DNA from: an uncultured Roseiflexaceae bacterium
Lineage (GTDB): Bacteria; Chloroflexota; Chloroflexia; Chloroflexales; Roseiflexaceae
NCBI GenBank assembly: GCA_903889425.1
Contig: CAISXI010000325.1
Span: forward strand, 1 to 44,211
Direction of reading: 5' to 3'
Length of the DNA: 44,211 nucleotides
Shown piece after piece: positions 1 through 9,526 of the stretch (position 1 is the stretch's first letter; each line of letters begins with the position of its first letter). The notes below the pieces were generated by a model. It was not told the DNA's origin, made no database searches, and was given only the letters and a program-made list of their open reading frames with translations. Position numbers and translations under genes: made by a program.

Positions 1-1734
1 ATTATTGCGCCGCATGACATGCGCACGATAACTCGGTACCGCCCAACAATCAGTGATAATCTGGTCACAGGACGCCAGGTCAGCGCCTGTTTCAAAGAGG
101 GGCACGATGTCGATACCGGCATTGGGCAAGTCGGTTACGCCGGCTTCACGGGCCAACAACAACACCGTCAGCACATCAGACGCACCACGTGTCATGCTGA
201 CAATCACGGTTTGGATGGTGCCGGGGGATAATTGCTCGTTGAGGGTGGTAATAGTCCGGAAGGTGTCGATGATTTCGTTGGTGGCTTCGCTGTAGGGTAA
301 GCGCGCCGGGATTAAGGGGCGTTGGGCGTGTAATTCGTGACTCAGTAATGCAGTCCGGGTGGATTCATCACAGGCCAAAAAGTCGGCGTGGACTCCGGCA
401 TGTGCCAAGATTTCGGCCATGGCACTACTATGGCGTTCGCTATGCTGACGGATGTCGAGCGAGGCAAAGCTCAAGCCAAATACATCGACTTGGCGCATCA
501 GGTCATGGAGCGAACCATTGGCAACGGCGGCACCCGCATTGGCCACGAGGGAATCGTACATGACCTGCAGGTCGTGGCGTAAGGCGCTGACATCGGGGTA
601 GATGTCAGCCCGCACTGGCGTCAAATTGAGCGGCCAAGTCGGTTGCACGGTTTGGGTGACGTGGAGCGTCTGGCGCAAGCGTTCGGCAATCAACAAGCAT
701 TTGCGCCGGTAGGGTTCGTGCGGGTAACGGTTCACCAATTCTTGGGCAATAACGGGGAATAATTGTGCGTCGTGTACGAGTGATGCGAGCAATTCGGGTG
801 ACACGGTGATTTGGCGATTAGATTGGCTCATCCGTCGGCTAATCCGTTCGAATTCTCCAATATAAAACTCGATGGCGGCACTCCGCATCAAGCGCACGGC
901 AGCGATGGTGGTTTCGGGGCGCACAAACGGGTTACCGTCACGGTCGCCACCCATCCACGAGCCAAACTTCAACAATGAGGGGACGCGCCACTGTTGGTCG
1001 GGGTAGGCACTTGCGAGGGCGTACTCGAGGTCGCGGTAGAGGGTGGGGATGAGGCGGACAATGCTTTGTTCGAAGTAATACAAGCCGTTTTTGACTTCGT
1101 CAATTACCGTAGGACGCACGACCCGCACATCGTCACTTTGCCACAACCCGACGATTTCTTCTTGGACTTGCGCAAGTACTTGGGGGTCATCACTCAACGA
1201 AAAATCATGGCCGAGGGGGTCAAGGAGATTGGCTAGACGGCGTAGTTTATCGAGTGTGGTGCGCCGGCGGGCTTCGGTAGGATGGGCGGTAAAGACGGGG
1301 CGGATACAGGCTTGCGCCAGCCATTCATGGACCTGTGTCGCAGTCGCCCCTTGGGTGGCCACGCTGTGAATGGACTCGGCAACAGATTCGCTCCGCAGAT
1401 GATGAGCACGCCGCATTTGGCGCGCCCGTTCAGCAAGCACCCAGATGCGTTGCAATTGTTCTGACAAATTGACCAGCGCAAAATACGTACTGAATGATTT
1501 CACGAGTGTATTGAGCCCATTGACGTCAAGCCCGGCAATGTGTTTTTGTAATTCACGGGTGCGGGCTGGCGACGGATGAGCACGCAGCTCTTTGCTCAAA
1601 CGGCGGACCAATTCTTCACTGGCAAAGGCATCGGGACCTGCTTGGGTTTTGATTACATCACCCAACAAATCACCCAAAAAATGAATTACCGCCGATAGGC
1701 GATCCCGCCCACCGCGGTCGTGTGACTGGGGCAT
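1..1734 (-). CDS. ppc: Phosphoenolpyruvate carboxylase, N-terminal ~578 aa (continues past the left edge; absent from the ORF track because there is no stop in the window)
   Basis: Manual minus-strand translation: ATG at 1734 with GGAG upstream, starting MPQSHDRGGRDRLSAVIHFLGDLLGDVIKTQAG. PEPC motifs VFTAHPTEARRR (~1262-1297), FGSWMGGDRDGNPFV (~922-970) and IVPLFET (~87-107) are present, and the start and the left-edge codons share one frame. Confidence 0.97.
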   Translation of the reverse strand, partial: MPQSHDRGGRDRLSAVIHFLGDLLGDVIKTQAGPDAFASEELVRRLSKELRAHPSPARTRELQKHIAGLDVNGLNTLVKSFSTYFALVNLSEQLQRIWVLAERARQMRRAHHLRSESVAESIHSVATQGATATQVHEWLAQACIRPVFTAHPTEARRRTTLDKLRRLANLLDPLGHDFSLSDDPQVLAQVQEEIVGLWQSDDVRVVRPTVIDEVKNGLYYFEQSIVRLIPTLYRDLEYALASAYPDQQWRVPSLLKFGSWMGGDRDGNPFVRPETTIAAVRLMRSAAIEFYIGEFERISRRMSQSNRQITVSPELLASLVHDAQLFPVIAQELVNRYPHEPYRRKCLLIAERLRQTLHVTQTVQPTWPLNLTPVRADIYPDVSALRHDLQVMYDSLVANAGAAVANGSLHDLMRQVDVFGLSFASLDIRQHSERHSSAMAEILAHAGVHADFLACDESTRTALLSHELHAQRPLIPARLPYSEATNEIIDTFRTITTLNEQLSPGTIQTVIVSMTRGASDVLTVLLLAREAGVTDLPNAGIDIVPLFETGADLASCDQIITDCWAVPSYRAHVMRRNN

Positions 1735-2116
1735 ATTGGGACGCTCCATAACATAGATTTATTTGTCTGAATTATAGCATATACAACCCAAAAATTACGC
1801 TGGCGATGCCATACATTGTCAATAAAACAATACCTACGCCTATCTATGTCGGGTGTTGATGATTTGGCGGTACATTGATACACCCAAGCACCAAAATCAT
1901 ACAATTATGCGGTGGGGTTCGTCGGTTTTGCATTTTTTGCACACCGTCACTCATTCAGCGCATACGTTAAATAGGCAATCCCACTGCGAGCGATTTCCTT
2001 GATTTGGTTGGAACAATACAAACATATCCATGTATTTTTCTTGTTGTTTGATGAACAGTACCCGCAAATTAACATACCGATATCATTGACGTACCATCTC
2101 AATTTTTTGTGATAAA

Positions 2117-2125
2117 TGCTATACT
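2117..2125 (+). promoter_or_regulatory. Possible extended -10 element (TGcTATACT) for the SBP-MFP-permease operon
   Basis: TGn+TATACT about 45 nt upstream of ATG 2170 in an AT-rich divergent intergenic region. Confidence 0.35.
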
Positions 2126-2169
2126 AGATACAAATTCAATTTAGTATTTCGTACAGAAAGTAGCGATGT

Positions 2170-4992
2170 ATGCGTCGTCATTTCACACCACTATGGTACT
2201 GGTTCACAATAATTACACTGCTTGTGTCATGTGGCAACAGTAGCGGCAATACGTTGCCTACTATCCCCGCCGGCGAAAATCCCACTGACACCAGCGTAAA
2301 CGGGACACCAACGAGTAGCGATGCCGTCACCATTACCTATGCGTCATGGGACTACGAACGCGATACCTATGTTAATCTCGCCAAAAAATTCAACGAAACC
2401 TACCCCAACATCAACATCGTGATTGTTTCGCTCGATGACGTAACCCAATTACCGCCAGACAAAACAGGTAATTATCCGCCTGATTCAACCATCAGCATGT
2501 TGCGCCGCATCGCAAGCATTGCAGATACTGCCCCAGCCTCATGGGTCACGCAAGAATCCATTGGCACGCCCTTGGTACTCGATATAAAGCCCTATATGGA
2601 TGCCGACACCGGGTTTGATCGTACTGATTATTACCCCGGTATCCTCGAACGTTATACCCAAAACGACAGCATGTATACACTGCCACGCAGTATCAGCATC
2701 CAGTCGCTCTCCTATAACCAAGATATATTTAGCGCCGAAAACATCCCAACTCCAGCCCAAAGTTGGCAATATAGTGACTTATTGGCTACCGCTGAAAAAC
2801 TCACCAAAAAAGAAAACAATACGATTACCCGCTATGGTTGGTACGACAATGGGAGTAATTATGTCTTGCTTTATTTACTCGAAGAAGCAGGCGTTGACAT
2901 CATGTCAATGAAACCAAACGAACTCAAAGCCAATGATTCACGCATCATCGACGCATTCAAAAAATACGCAGATCTGGTTAATCGCGGCGTTGTCTATGCC
3001 CAGCCAATGTATGCCATGGCCGATGCAGGCATGGCTGATAGCAAACTGGCCGGCCCCGGCAATCCTTCCGACCCCACTCAAATGGTACGGGACGGCAAAA
3101 TCGCCATCTGGAACGAAGGAGTTCTTTTTACGGGCGACCCGACGAGTCCTGCCCCTGCATTTACCGTAGGTCATGCCGTACAGCCCTTTACCGCCGCGAG
3201 TGATCTTAACCTTGGCAGTGAAGGCTACATGATTAGTGGTGGCACAAAAAATCCCGCTGAAGCATGGACATTTATCGAATGGTTGTCACGCCAAGCCGTC
3301 ACAACGATGAGTGGCCCAGTCTATCCCGGCTACCTCAATGCCCGCAAATCATTGGATGCCCAACAAATCGCCAGTGAATCTGATGACAAACAACGGCAAT
3401 CTAACTATGAATACACCTTAGCGAATTTGCCAGTGCTTACAAACTACCCCAACCAAGACTATACGGTAGCCTACAGCATACTCGGTAGCACCTCCATGTT
3501 ATTTGAAAATCCCCCCAAAACAGCTGAAGAAGTATTGGCTGCAACGGTGCAAAATATAGCAGACAATTATATTAATGCGAATTCACCATACATGACACCA
3601 AGTCCGACCCCCGATATCCGCCCGATTGTGGTTGCAACACCCGAAGCCCAAGTTGCCAGCGCGGATCAAACCACGATATCATTTGCTTCATATGGGTCGT
3701 CGCTCACTGATATGCGCCGCGCCCTCAAAAACTTCAAAACCCAAGAGCCAGGAATTTTCGTCAAACTCATCCAAACCGACAATATCACTACGTCCATGAC
3801 CATTAGTGAGGCCGCCAAACGGAGTGATTGTTTCTTGTGGAATCAAGGCATACCGGTGGCGGATCAAGATATCGCCACACTCGCCGACATGCAACCGCTC
3901 CTTGATGCGGATCCAAACATCAAAGTGAGTGAAGTCCCCCAAGCGTTACTTGATATTTATCGCAATAATGGACGATTAATTGGCTTCCCGCACAACTACA
4001 ATACCCGTGGCCTGGTGTATCAACCAACGCTCTTTAGTACCGTGGGTCTCACGCCACCAACGGCAGAGTGGACCCCCGATGACTTCCTCAAAGCGGCCAA
4101 AGCACTGACCGCCAACGGCGTATTTGGCTATTCCAACATGGGCAACTACACCGGTGATTTATCATTTTGGGTCAATCGTTTTGGCGGATCATTAGTACAA
4201 GGCACCGGCAAAGATGTCCGGGCCAATTACAACGACCCCAATACCATCAAAGGTATCGAATGGTGGCTTAAACTTGCCAGCGAACACCGGGTAATGCCCA
4301 AACCGGCGTTTGATTATCGCCGTGATGTGAGCAATACCAGCGCTGATCTAAGCTGGGAATTGCAATCGCAGGGGAAAATCGCCATGTGGCTAGATACCAG
4401 CCTTGGGTCATATGACCCAGCGACTGCACCAACCGACCCTGCATACAAGCCACTATTTTTGGCGGCAATGGCACCACCACCGCTTGGCACGATCGGCTTG
4501 CTCTCTAGTGACATGACCATGTTCGGGTATCACATCTCGGCCACGGCGGCCGACCCACAAGGCTGTGTACGGCTCATCGACTACATGAGTCAGCAAGCAA
4601 ATGTCAACGCCTACGGCAATATCCCGGCACGCACCACCCTAGCCCGCGATACCTTGTTCGAAGAACAAAACCAGTATGTATTGCCATTACGCGACGCATT
4701 GGAACCACTCATGCAAAAGCCACTCAAAGTAACCACCGATAGCAATTCACAATACATGGTAGAGCAATACTGGTTAGTTGAGGCCCTTGATACCGTTTTG
4801 AACAAAAAAGCTGATTTAACAGGCGCCCTCGCCAAAGCCCAAACTGCCACCAATGCCTACCTCGATTGTGCCGCCAAAATCATCCCCAATACGCCTGCAG
4901 GCAAAGGTGACACCAATGCGACCTGTGCCAAGAAGGCCGATCCAAGTTACATGGGATATATGACCGATGAAGCCATGCCTGCAACACGGTAA
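2170..4992 (+). CDS. Extracellular solute-binding lipoprotein with two tandem sugar-type (SBP_bac_1-like) binding domains
   Basis: Lipobox LLVSC. Domain 1: LAKKFNETYPNINIVIV...YTLPRSISIQSLSYNQDIF...GYMISGGTKNPAEAWTFIEWL. Pro/Thr linker TPSPTPDIRPIVVATPE. Domain 2: FKTQEPGIFVKLI...GFPHNYNTRGLVYQPTLF...GYHISATAADPQGCVRLIDYM. Confidence 0.9.
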   Translation: MRRHFTPLWYWFTIITLLVSCGNSSGNTLPTIPAGENPTDTSVNGTPTSSDAVTITYASWDYERDTYVNLAKKFNETYPNINIVIVSLDDVTQLPPDKTGNYPPDSTISMLRRIASIADTAPASWVTQESIGTPLVLDIKPYMDADTGFDRTDYYPGILERYTQNDSMYTLPRSISIQSLSYNQDIFSAENIPTPAQSWQYSDLLATAEKLTKKENNTITRYGWYDNGSNYVLLYLLEEAGVDIMSMKPNELKANDSRIIDAFKKYADLVNRGVVYAQPMYAMADAGMADSKLAGPGNPSDPTQMVRDGKIAIWNEGVLFTGDPTSPAPAFTVGHAVQPFTAASDLNLGSEGYMISGGTKNPAEAWTFIEWLSRQAVTTMSGPVYPGYLNARKSLDAQQIASESDDKQRQSNYEYTLANLPVLTNYPNQDYTVAYSILGSTSMLFENPPKTAEEVLAATVQNIADNYINANSPYMTPSPTPDIRPIVVATPEAQVASADQTTISFASYGSSLTDMRRALKNFKTQEPGIFVKLIQTDNITTSMTISEAAKRSDCFLWNQGIPVADQDIATLADMQPLLDADPNIKVSEVPQALLDIYRNNGRLIGFPHNYNTRGLVYQPTLFSTVGLTPPTAEWTPDDFLKAAKALTANGVFGYSNMGNYTGDLSFWVNRFGGSLVQGTGKDVRANYNDPNTIKGIEWWLKLASEHRVMPKPAFDYRRDVSNTSADLSWELQSQGKIAMWLDTSLGSYDPATAPTDPAYKPLFLAAMAPPPLGTIGLLSSDMTMFGYHISATAADPQGCVRLIDYMSQQANVNAYGNIPARTTLARDTLFEEQNQYVLPLRDALEPLMQKPLKVTTDSNSQYMVEQYWLVEALDTVLNKKADLTGALAKAQTATNAYLDCAAKIIPNTPAGKGDTNATCAKKADPSYMGYMTDEAMPATR

Positions 4993-5002
4993 TAGGATTG
5001 TG

Positions 5003-6607
5003 ATGAAATTGACTTTTCTTTCCAAATTATTGTTGGGGTGTGGCGTTGCACTATGTGTGAGTGCCTGTAGCGGCGGGCAGCCGGCGATCCAGGCCACCCC
5101 CACCCCTTTACCCGAAGACCCTGGGTTAACCGAGCTCACCTACACCGTAGACCAAGGCGTCATCGAACGCGTCATCGAAGAAACCGCCCGGGTCGTCCCG
5201 GTACAATCCAATACCCTCAGCTTTGGACGTGACGGCGTCGTGAGCAAAATCTACGTTGCCAGCGGCGATGCAGTTACAAGCGGGCAACTCCTCGCAGAAC
5301 TAAAGCAAGACGAAGTCGATGACGAATTGCGCAAAGCCAGCGATGATTTGGATGCCGCCAATCTCGCCTATACGACTGCAGTCAAACTCAATACCAAGCT
5401 CATCGATTCCAAACGCAAAGCCGTCACCAACGCCCGTGATGCACTCAATTTGTTGTTGCCAGGGGGTGACAACGATGTTATCAACGCAGCCCAAAAAGCC
5501 CTCGACGAAAAACAACGCGCAGTACGCACAACTGACGAAGATACCGCCACCGCCGCCGATGATGCGACCTATGCAATTACCACCGCGACCAATTCCTTGA
5601 TCGACACCCAATTTTCCTATAGCAAAGCCTATTGGAACCTCGATTGGGTGAATCGCTATGGCACCGACCCTGCCAATCCGTTTATTCTTGTGAATGGTAA
5701 ATACATCCCCAATGTGCTTGATGCCGAAGGACGTTACAACTACGAAAAAGCCTTTTTAGGCGCCACTGATGCCTTACGGAGTGCCGAAAAAGCAGTCCAA
5801 GCCGCCCAACGCACCGCCCAACGCACCAAAGAAGAGCGCCAAATCAAACTAGATGATGCCAATGCGGACTTCACCAAAGCCCAAAAAGATCGTGATAAAT
5901 TGCTGGCAGGAAGCGATAATGCTGATCTGCGTGATGCCCGAACCACGCTCGAAATCGCCGAAGCCGAACTCGCAAGCGCCATGGCAGACACCTTGAGTAG
6001 CGAAAAGAAAACCGTCGATGCGGCCAAACGAGCCTTTGACAAAGCCCAAAAAGCCGTTGCCGATGGGCAAATTATTGCCACCCAAGCAGGTACCATTGCG
6101 TCAATGGCGATTTTTGAAGGCACCAGTGTAACGGCATTTATACCCTCAATTGAAGTCGCTGATCCCACCCAGGTTGAGTTTTCGGCATCACTTAGTCCAG
6201 ACAACATGAAACTACTCAGCGAAGGACAAGCAGTCGAAATTCGTCCAGTGACGCGACCTGACTTGGTGCTATCTGCGGTTATCCGCCGCTTACCCGCACC
6301 GTACGGCCAAAACGGCGGGGCGCTCGGTGACCCCGACCAAACTACTCGCTTCACCGTAATCGACAACAAAGGCTTTGTATTGGTGGCAGGGGATACTGTC
6401 GCCAAGGTTACCATCATCCTCGAACGCCACGAAAACGTCTTGTGGTTGCCACCTGAAGCAATCCGCACCTTTGGCGAACGTACCTTTGTCATACTCCGTG
6501 AAGCAGACCAAGACCGGCGTGTAACCATCGTTACGGGCATTCGCAGTGACCAACAAGTCGAAATCCTCAAGGGGTTGCAACTTGCTGATATTGTGGTTGG
6601 GCAATAA
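5003..6607 (+). CDS. Membrane fusion / periplasmic adaptor protein (HlyD/MacA-like), lipoprotein with long coiled coil
   Basis: Likely start ATG 5003 (AGGA upstream), lipobox VSAC. Lipoyl halves GVVSKIYVASGDAVTSGQLLAEL and IIATQAGTI flank a long helical region. C-terminus ENVLWLPPEAI...VTGIRSDQQVEILKGL. Confidence 0.9.
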   Translation: MKLTFLSKLLLGCGVALCVSACSGGQPAIQATPTPLPEDPGLTELTYTVDQGVIERVIEETARVVPVQSNTLSFGRDGVVSKIYVASGDAVTSGQLLAELKQDEVDDELRKASDDLDAANLAYTTAVKLNTKLIDSKRKAVTNARDALNLLLPGGDNDVINAAQKALDEKQRAVRTTDEDTATAADDATYAITTATNSLIDTQFSYSKAYWNLDWVNRYGTDPANPFILVNGKYIPNVLDAEGRYNYEKAFLGATDALRSAEKAVQAAQRTAQRTKEERQIKLDDANADFTKAQKDRDKLLAGSDNADLRDARTTLEIAEAELASAMADTLSSEKKTVDAAKRAFDKAQKAVADGQIIATQAGTIASMAIFEGTSVTAFIPSIEVADPTQVEFSASLSPDNMKLLSEGQAVEIRPVTRPDLVLSAVIRRLPAPYGQNGGALGDPDQTTRFTVIDNKGFVLVAGDTVAKVTIILERHENVLWLPPEAIRTFGERTFVILREADQDRRVTIVTGIRSDQQVEILKGLQLADIVVGQ

Positions 6608-6609
6608 CC

Positions 6610-9384
6610 ATGAATGCACGTTGGCACGCCGTCCGGTTATTGTTGACTGCCACTTGGCGCCGGACAATCCACGCGCCAGCGGCCACGGTGGCGCTCTTGG
6701 TGGCACTTACATTACCGCTCACCCTCGGGTTATTGGTCCCGAGTTATGCCGATGCCGCTGGGTTGCGCATTCTCAATGATCAACTTGCAAATCAAGCCCG
6801 CCAAACCCAACGCCCCGCCATGTCACTGCTCTTTCGCCATGTCCGCGGCAGCAAAGCCGCGCCATGGCGGACGATTTTGGCTGCTGATAATTTGGTCGCC
6901 CAAAACGCCGCCCAATTCTTAGGCATACCGCTCCAGCGCATTACCCGCCACATTCGCACGATTCCGTTGCAAATCATGCTCGTTGACGGTCAATCCGACG
7001 GTATTACGCTCGGAAATGCCGCAATTGCCACACTCATCGGCGTCGAAGATCACATGCGTGTGGTGGGTGGCCGGCTACCCAAACCAACGACCAACCAAAC
7101 CGAAGCCATGATTTCACTCAATAACGCCAATGCACTTGGCCTCAATGTGGGCGACACGATTGTCGCAAGCACTGCAAACGGCAAACAAAGCATACCCATC
7201 ATCATCGTTGGCTTATGGAAAGTGCTAGACCCCACCAGTCCCGATTGGTTGTATGACCCGAGTACACTTGACTCATTGATATTGGTCGATGCACAGAGCA
7301 TGCAAACCCAAGTCAGTGCGGCATTCCCCGATGCCGTCGCCCAAGCTGCCTGGTATTTGCAACCTGCAGCGCTGGCACTTGGACCCGGCGATATCGGCAC
7401 ATTCGAAGCACGCATTCGCACCCTGGCCCAAGAACTAGCCAAAGTCCCCGCCAAACTCGAACGAAGCCCTCTCGAAAGCTTCCACACAGCCCAAACCACC
7501 ATCACCGCCCTCACCATTCGCACCGGAGCCGTAGCTGCGCCGATTGCGTTGCTGGCGTTGTTTTTTGTGGTGCAACTCGCCACCATCAACTACGAGCGTC
7601 GCCGTGACGAATACGCCTTGCTCCGTAGTCGTGGTGTATCAGTGCTCTGGATGGCCGGGGTAAGTATGATTGAATGGCTGTGTTATGTCACATTAACAGC
7701 CATCATTGCGATTCCGAGTGCTATTTTTGCCACCCAAATCATGTTGCGCACCCAGTCGTTTTTGCAAATCACCACCATAGCCACACCACTCAGTGGGCTC
7801 CCAAGTAATGCGTTTGTTGGTTTCGCGGCCATTGCCTTGATTATTATCGGCTTGGGAATTCGCCCCGTAATCATGTCTGGGCGCAACACCCTCAGTACCA
7901 GTGGCAAAAGCCGTCGCAGTGACCAGCTCCGCTCTGTCGCCCGCCTCTTAATCGAAGTCTTGGTTGTGGCAGCAGTCGGTTATGGCTATTATCAATTGCA
8001 ATCGCAACAATCGCGCGAAGGGGATTTGTTTTCGAACCCACTCACCCTTGCGTTACCCGTGATTACCACGCTCGGAATCGCACTCATCGCCAATCGCATC
8101 ATCCCCTTACTGCTGGTTTTGGCAGAAAAAATCAGCCGGCGCGGTGACAACATTGCGCCAATTCTGGCGCTCCAGAGCCTCGCACGCCGTCCAGAGCGCC
8201 TACAAACCACCATCCTCTTACTCACGCTGACGCTCGGAGTCGGTGGTTATGTGGCGTCAATGGCAGCTACCGTCGACAAAGCCAGCCTCGATGGCTTGCG
8301 CTATCGCATCGCTACTGACACCCAATTCATCGAAACTGCGGCCTCACGCACGACGGCCAGTACTAGCGGCGAACGCTATTTACTCACGCCACTCGGTGCT
8401 CACAAAAAAATCCCCGGTATCCTCGATTATGCCCCGGTGGGAATTTATGCTGCCCGTATCAATCTCGGTGGCAAACAAATCGATACCAACTTGATTGGGG
8501 TAGACAGACGACGCTTCCCAGCAGTAGTGCCCTACTTCCAAGATGAATGGTTGGGCAACAATAACGCCCTCGGTATCTTGATGAATCAACTCGCCCGCAC
8601 GCGTGATGGGGTCATCATTAGCCAAAACATCGCCGGCACCAGTGCCATCGGTGACCGAATTGCAGTTACCTTGGTGGTCGACGATATCGAACAAGAAACG
8701 CGCATGCGGATTGTAGGCATCGTCACCGGTTGGCCCGGCCAATATGCCGACGACCATCCCTTTGTGGTAACGAATCTATCGTTTATTAGCGACGAAATCG
8801 GCTTCATGCCCCCCAGCGATGTGTGGGTGCGACGTGACATCACCGTGTCACTCGACGATCTCTATGCGGCTGCCCGCTCTGCCGCCATCCCCGTACTCGA
8901 CATCATCGACCTTGAAGTGGCCCGCTTACAAGAATTTACCCGCCCCGAACGCCAAGGGCTGTTTGGGATGTTGAGTGTGGGCTTCGTGGCAGCCACCGGG
9001 TTGAGCATCATGGCTATTTTTGTGAGTGCCCTGGCGACCCTCAGACAACGCTCAATCGAGTTAGGGATGCTCCAAGCGATGGGTATGCCGATGCAAAGTG
9101 CCCGGAGTGTCATTATCATCGAACAAAGCATTGTGACTGGCAGTGGCATCATTTGTGGTTTGATTGCGGCAATCGGCACTGCCCGTACTATTTTGCCGTA
9201 TATCAAAGCAGGCGTCGCCCCTCACCCCGACGTCCCTAGCAATCAGCCGCTCACTGCATGGGGGACATTGTCGGTGATGGTACTGATCTACGCAGTCGCC
9301 TTAGCAGGCACCGCACTACTCGCATTCAACACCGTACAACGCCTGCGTATCGCTGATGCGGTCAAGCTCGGTGACGAAAACTAG
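6610..9384 (+). CDS. FtsX/MacB-like ABC transporter permease with two FtsX modules
   Basis: Multiple TM segments. FtsX motifs ERRRDEYALLRSRG and RQRSIELGMLQAMG. MacB-type periplasmic segments GRLP...LGLNVGDTI and IGDRI...IVGIV. Starts 2 nt after the MFP stop. Confidence 0.9.
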   Translation: MNARWHAVRLLLTATWRRTIHAPAATVALLVALTLPLTLGLLVPSYADAAGLRILNDQLANQARQTQRPAMSLLFRHVRGSKAAPWRTILAADNLVAQNAAQFLGIPLQRITRHIRTIPLQIMLVDGQSDGITLGNAAIATLIGVEDHMRVVGGRLPKPTTNQTEAMISLNNANALGLNVGDTIVASTANGKQSIPIIIVGLWKVLDPTSPDWLYDPSTLDSLILVDAQSMQTQVSAAFPDAVAQAAWYLQPAALALGPGDIGTFEARIRTLAQELAKVPAKLERSPLESFHTAQTTITALTIRTGAVAAPIALLALFFVVQLATINYERRRDEYALLRSRGVSVLWMAGVSMIEWLCYVTLTAIIAIPSAIFATQIMLRTQSFLQITTIATPLSGLPSNAFVGFAAIALIIIGLGIRPVIMSGRNTLSTSGKSRRSDQLRSVARLLIEVLVVAAVGYGYYQLQSQQSREGDLFSNPLTLALPVITTLGIALIANRIIPLLLVLAEKISRRGDNIAPILALQSLARRPERLQTTILLLTLTLGVGGYVASMAATVDKASLDGLRYRIATDTQFIETAASRTTASTSGERYLLTPLGAHKKIPGILDYAPVGIYAARINLGGKQIDTNLIGVDRRRFPAVVPYFQDEWLGNNNALGILMNQLARTRDGVIISQNIAGTSAIGDRIAVTLVVDDIEQETRMRIVGIVTGWPGQYADDHPFVVTNLSFISDEIGFMPPSDVWVRRDITVSLDDLYAAARSAAIPVLDIIDLEVARLQEFTRPERQGLFGMLSVGFVAATGLSIMAIFVSALATLRQRSIELGMLQAMGMPMQSARSVIIIEQSIVTGSGIICGLIAAIGTARTILPYIKAGVAPHPDVPSNQPLTAWGTLSVMVLIYAVALAGTALLAFNTVQRLRIADAVKLGDEN

Positions 9385-9474
9385 TCACATCAATCAACTC
9401 CCACAATACCACCCTGCATAACGACACGATACCCCGCAAATACCCGCTATTGAACACTGCAATTTATTGACATA

Positions 9475-9509
9475 GCAATCCCCCTGTATGATACATACAG
9501 GGGGATTGC
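9475..9509. terminator. Perfect 16-bp stem hairpin, likely bidirectional terminator between convergent genes
   Basis: gcaatccccctgtatg-ata-catacagggggattgc. Confidence 0.75.
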
Positions 9510-9526
9510 CGTGATGCACAACCAGC

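Noticed and set aside
19..1481. Short ORFs listed in the track over the first 1.5 kb
   Set aside because: They are shadows of the minus-strand ppc frame, which carries clear PEPC motifs
5740..6627. 295-aa antisense ORF (and similar antisense ORFs across the large genes)
   Set aside because: They lie opposite well-supported genes, have no recognisable motifs, and are explained by codon bias
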